A stretch of 55,946 nt of DNA, filler included, from Platydemus manokwari (lineage: Eukaryota): NCBI GenBank assembly GCA_037951405.1. It is 5 parts of 5 records of this genome, joined end to end, with 100 filler letters (N's around TTAATTAATTAA, not from the genome) between each part and the next. Parts side by side here need not be neighbours in the genome. Positions count along the whole stretch, not along the records: positions 47,050 to 55,946 come from JBBMOY011332761.1; 4 more parts are not named here. One strand, given 5' to 3'. Under the pieces are notes generated by a model. That model was not told where the DNA came from. It worked only from the letters and a program-made list of their open reading frames with translations, and searched no databases. Numbering within the stretch: the stretch's first letter is position 1; each line of letters opens with the position of its first letter. A program made the translations under genes and the position numbers. This document shows positions 50,281 through 55,946 of the stretch, in pieces.

Positions 50281-53200
50281 TTTAACTTTCTTTTTTAATT
50301 AGATATTTAGACTTTATTATTTTTATTTTTATTGTAAATTTTATGAACTTTTTATATCCATATAGTAGTTATATAATGAATAAACAAAGCCTAATATATT
50401 GATTAAAAGATTGATAAAATTGATGAATTGCAAAATAAGCAAATTAAGAGGACTGAGTGGGTATACCGGATAGAAAAATAGAGAGTTTTATAAATTGAAA
50501 ATTTCTTGGGTTTGGGTATTGGCTTTGTTTATTCATTATATAACTACTGTCGTTTTCGCTTTCTTCTTCTTCTATTTTCTCGGAGGAGGGATCTTTTCAT
50601 CCTTTTTATTTCCCCCAATAACCGTTTTAGAAAAATCAGCGTTTTCTGAATTTCTTTTATCACCTTTTACAGTGACAAAAGCACCTTCATTGTTATTATA
50701 ATCATTCAACAATCCATCATTTTTTCTTTTCAAATTAGATCTTTTAGTATCATTAAAATTAATGTAATCATAATCAGAAGTATTACAAATCTTTGAATTA
50801 AAAATTTTAGTATGTTTAAAGATAAAGGCTATTTCTTTATTATTCGTTCCAATCACATTATTAATATTATTTTATTTAATTTTATTAATTAAGTAAATGA
50901 AATTAACAAAAAAAATTTGAAAGTTTTTAATAAATTTAATAATATTATCATTAGTATCTACATTACTTAATGACAAATGTTTAACAGAATTAACTATCAT
51001 ATTTAAAAAACCGCAAATAATGTTTACAAAACATGTGATAAGCTAAATCATTGAAGAAATCAGATTTATAATCAGAACTAAAATTAACATAAAAATCGAA
51101 ATTAAATTTTTAAATAAATTTATTAAGAAAATTTAGATTATTTAAATTAGATTTAGAAAATTTTAAATTCTTATCTATAATACTTTCGACTATCATAACT
51201 AACTTATAAAAAACACTTTAAAATGTTAATTAAGTAAAATAAGGTTATCATGAGGATATAAATTAGTTAACAAAGATTTATCAAATTTATTAAAAAGATT
51301 TAATATAGAATTTAACAAATCGATAGAATTAGAATAACACCTGAATACACACTTCAACATTTGGAATTTTCAAATAAAAGAAAATCAATTTCAATTTATG
51401 GATTGCTGTAATAAGCCAGTTTTGTAAATTATAAAAAGTTTTCAAATTGTAAATGTAATTTATTACATGATTTTGAGTTGTTTATGTTGAATCTGTTTGT
51501 AAATAATTTAAATTTTAATAATTTGTGTTGTAATTGTAAATTAAATTTTAAAATCACAAATTATTATTTTAAAAATTGTACAACCTGCTCAAACAATTCT
51601 CAAGATATTTGTTCATCCAATGATCAAATGAACAATATCGAATCAAAAGCTTTCAAAATTGCTACAAACCAAGTTTTGAAAAGGATATTTCAGAAGTTAT
51701 ATTTCAATGTATTAATTCTGCGAAATCATAGAGTGCCAAATATCAGAACTCTTCGGAAACTAATTCAAATTTTGTGCCAGTCAATATGCATAACAAGAAA
51801 TCTACAATTCCACAAATTTCAAAAGACTAAAACAGCGAAATCAAAACAGTTAAATCCCATTTCATTAATCAATTCTGCTAAGAAGTTTCAAAATCAAGTG
51901 TCCGAGATTCCTGTACAGAAACATGACGTTCAAAAAAATCAAAGAATGTCTCTAATGTAACGATATCGAAGTTTAAATACTCTCCAAACCAAAATTTGTC
52001 AAACATTTCGAAGTTTAATCCATTAAACAGGACAAATCAATATTCAGCAGATGCTAATAAAGATGATGCACAATCTTCAAAATCAAAAACTTCTCACGAA
52101 GCCAGAGGTCAATCATTTGCTAAATTCACGAGATTCGTGAACAACACAGAATTTCATTATCTAAAACGTACTTTCCAAAACTGAAAGCGGTTCTCAAAAA
52201 GATAAAGGATGAAACTCAATATTCTCGAAATAACCGAATCAATACTTTTCTTAGAAAAATCAATGCAATCCAAGCAATTCAAAATTCCACAAAATTGCAG
52301 AAAAAACCATTTTCAAAAGATCCCGATTTCATGTGATCGAAATACGGCCTTATCATTTTATCATCTATCCGAAATTACCATTCTCAAACATGGTTTAATT
52401 CAAATCCCATCATTAATCAATGAATTTATTGAAGCTCCACCAAATATCTGCACATTCTTCTTTGCAAAATTTCCAAACATTAAAAAACTACTACTGCACG
52501 AAATTTAATTGTGAAAAATGAAATTTTAAACGAAGAACTAAACAAATTGAAGATATTCTATTGCCAAGCATATAGTCTCATCACAAGGAAATCTTCCGCA
52601 ACTGCCGACTTCATATTCTTTCTTCATTAAATGATGTTAATCAATGCTCTCGACCACTTTCATATGATGAAATCATAAATTTATTGAACAAACATCCGCA
52701 AATCAATGAATTTATGCTCAATAATCCTCAAGCATTTGATGAAGAAGTTCTATTGGCCATCTCAAAATCAAAGAGAAATCTTCCAATAAACATTTTATAC
52801 CAAGATGGATTATTTCAAATATTAATAAATGTTTCAGAATTATGTCAGTCTAACACAGCCGACTTTTATTGGAATCTCGGTGGGTTCTCAATAAATACAA
52901 ACGCAATTGCTGACAAGAATCTTTAACTAATCGCTTCAAATACCGATCTATACAACCGATTGATTGATGTATTGTTTTATCTGAACTACAAAATTATCAA
53001 AGGGGACATCAAATATGAATCAATTTCGAAATCTGAATGGGGCATCAACTATGTAAATAATTTGGCTTTCCTCAAAAATCAGTCCAACATTTCATCTGAT
53101 GATGTTATCTATAACCTAGATATCCTGAAAAATAACGTAGTTTAAAAATCATGGGTTACAGACATGATAACAAACGTCACGAAACATCTAAAAATTTCAC

Positions 53201-54039
53201 AGATATCAAAGCAAGTAAATGAAAAGTTTGATCTTCCAAAATAAAGTGTTCATCAAATAAACATTGGCTTCATCAAAACCGCGTTACAAAATTGTAAATC
53301 AAAACTCTCGAAATTATCAAAAATCATGAACATTGAATCTCAATTGACCAATATTAGAAATGACAAAGAATTTTCAAATCTGGTACTGGCATTTACTACG
53401 TTGTCAGAGCATCTGTTCACTCAGTCGTACATAATGTAGGTTGCTATACCCTATCGATAAAAACGCCAAAATGACCGTGAAATTAAGAAAGGCATAATTC
53501 AATTAATCAATCACTTGACTCGAAATACCAAAACTCCATCGATCTCTAATAAAAAAAGGAAACTAATAAGGCACCTGATTAATCTAGTCTCCGTGGAGAT
53601 AATAATGAACCTCAACAGACAGAAACCATCATCTCTTCAGAAGATGAACAAGCATCAGAAGAATCAACACGCTCTAATCTAATTATCGTCTCTTTACCAG
53701 AAATATCAGAACTCCAAGCGTCTCTCACAAAACCCAGAAATGCGAGTATCCAAAGAGCCAAAGCAAGAATATATCCCGAACAAATGCTCTAGCGTCAATG
53801 AGAAAGAAACTTCGATCAGCTAGATTCAAATCTGAGATTTCATTTCCAAGTGCAAAAGTAAAACAGGCTTTGTCACGGGATTTGTCTGCACTGGTACATC
53901 AATCACCCAAATTCACCTCTCAAACCGGTGCACATAGCATTCCACAAACTTTTAGAAATGAAAACAATCAATATTTTCAAAACCAACATCAAAAGAAAAT
54001 CAAAATCATCAAACAATCCAATACAATTAACTTGATATA

Positions 54040-55321
54040 ACAGCTTGGTTCTCAGAAGACGACATCGTCACAGTGTCTGATGAAATCATATCAAGACCAG
54101 ATTTTGATTTCATCATTCTCGATGACAATAGATATCAAAATATGATAATCAATACCATGAATAAAGCCAAGATCGAAGAAAAAAATACAATTACTGGTTA
54201 GATTCCATCAAAGGTTATTTTGAGATAAAAATCAGCAATTTTTTGCCCGGAATTGCATGATAAACTCAATCATATTTTACCAACGAACCATGTTTTATGT
54301 GGCCTCTATAACGAAAATATCAGATTCCAAAGCAATGGTTTCTACTGTGATCCTCTTGTTTGCTTTTATGCACTTCAACTGATGGATAATAATAATCTGA
54401 GTGATGAATATATTCCAATCATTCACATCAGACAATAGGCATACTCTTGTCAATTTAATGTTGAAAATTCATCCAAATTTCGAAAATTGATTGGTGGAGG
54501 AAAACCATCGATAATCATACAAGAAATACACAAATTATTGGCATACTCCTTGTATCACTATCCAGATATTTTTGTTTTAGATCACCAGGTGACGATCAAC
54601 TTAATTAGCAATGACCGCAATTACATCATGGATAATATTCGATTCAGCTGCTTTCGTCACATTTCATTTGTAGTTGTAATCATTTTTTACTGAAAATGAT
54701 CTGCTACTTTTACTTTACAATTACAACAAAAATACAAGCACGATATTCAATTTATCTGGAAATTGCACTTCTGAGGCTGACTACAATAACTGTGGAACAA
54801 TAAGAAAATATCTGAACGTTTTCTTTATCAATGGTTCTGCATCAATCAATATGGATCTCTCATTGTCAATATTTCCATCAATGAAAAACACAACAATGAT
54901 TTTTGAGACGATTTGTAATATTTGCTCAGACAACTATGGTAAAACGACCAATTTCAGTTCAAATCATATACTCCAACTCTCATATAACCAAGAAAACTGT
55001 ACAATCGAAGATATAAGAGATACAAACACAAAAATGGGATGTGAATCAATCGTCAACTTTTACAATTCACTCAATATCGATAAATCGTGCATCATTTTGG
55101 ACCTTCCATGTTGTCTAGCAATAGGTGAAGGTAACTGGCAATATGTCGATATCATGAATTTGATGAAATCAAAAATCATATTATCTCCAATTTATCCTCC
55201 AGGATTTCATTTGTGCCTACTGATTATTGATATTGAAATCTGGGAATATTACATTTTCAACCCAACTTGCAGAAAAAGTGGAAAAATATCAAAAGATTGT
55301 AGATGCCTGCTCAGAATTTAA
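54040..55321 (+). pseudogene. Ulp1/C48-like cysteine protease domains within a long degenerate ORF (~51580-55321), probably transposon-derived
   Basis: CESIVNFY...KIILSPIYPPGFHLCLLIID....YYIFNP (cf. DEVINFY...IPI...HW.L.VID...YYDS). An upstream copy ends DYNNCG. Confidence 0.5.
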
Positions 55322-55882
55322 TCCAGAACAAATAAATGGTGTGTTAGTAGGAAACATTCCAATTCGAACGAAATCCAGATGGAGTTAATTACGATAACCT
55401 CATCAATTTCGATCAAATATAATTTTTTATCGTGAATTTTCAGTTTATTTTCAATACTTCTTATATATATATTGAAGAGGTTTACAATGTTACTATATGC
55501 ATTGACTTGATTCATTGAAGGAAATTGTTCTATACAACTTGATCATCCTTTAAGTCAGATTCAAGTGCTCCTGATGATTCCTTTCGTCTTTCATCTATTC
55601 CATATCACTTAATCGTGAAAATTTAAAGGTGTAAAACTCGCCAAAAAAACTGTAGAAAGACAATTCAAGTATTGAATGATATGATACTCTAAAATTTATA
55701 ATAAGTTAAATAATTACATATCTGAAAGGTGACACTCGTTTATTTCATTAAAAAATTTTCTGTATATTATTAAACAATATCTAATAAATAAGGAAGTTTG
55801 TTTTTTAATTTGTGAAAATTAATGGAGTGATATAAAATGTCAGAAAATATATATTTAAATAATTCTGTCCAATATTTTACTC

Positions 55883-55885
<3 letters not shown>

Positions 55886-55943
<58 letters not shown>
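55886..55943. repeat. (AT)n(GT)n microsatellite
   Basis: Directly visible. Confidence 0.95.
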
Positions 55944-55944
<1 letters not shown>

Positions 55945-55946
55945 TT

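Noticed and set aside
1-55946. CRISPR arrays, tRNAs, hammerhead ribozymes
   Set aside because: No regular repeat-spacer array or cloverleaf was seen, and the CTGATGA hits lack paired stems and the GAAA core

Overview
AT-rich, repeat-dominated eukaryotic DNA, probably from a compact invertebrate animal genome (introns of 40-55 bp). The window is five contigs joined by 100-bp artificial N/TTAATTAATTAA/N spacers, so linkage across spacers is unproven. Only three intact host genes could be modelled, all on the minus strand: a Deltameth_res/prag01 (COX7B-like) mitochondrial protein, a C18orf32/UPF0729 homolog, and TIPIN/Swi3. There is also an 18S rRNA fragment at the left edge. Nearly everything else is decayed mobile DNA: several Ty3/gypsy LTR relics including two miniature two-LTR elements, a mariner fragment, a Buster-type hAT, several Polinton/Maverick (adintovirus-like) pieces (capsid, pX-like protein, adenain protease, polB), a 173-bp AGTAGT-ended MITE, and a degenerate element with tandem Ulp1-like protease domains. 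The best candidate for a novel system is the >12-kb Ty3/gypsy element filling contig 34492-46949. Its order is gag(CCHC), ~5 kb accessory region with apparent ubiquitin-like folds, chuvirus-like class III fusion glycoprotein, protease, RT, RNase H, integrase. The envelope therefore lies between gag and pol and appears fused to the protease. All family assignments were made by eye from motifs; no database searches were run.
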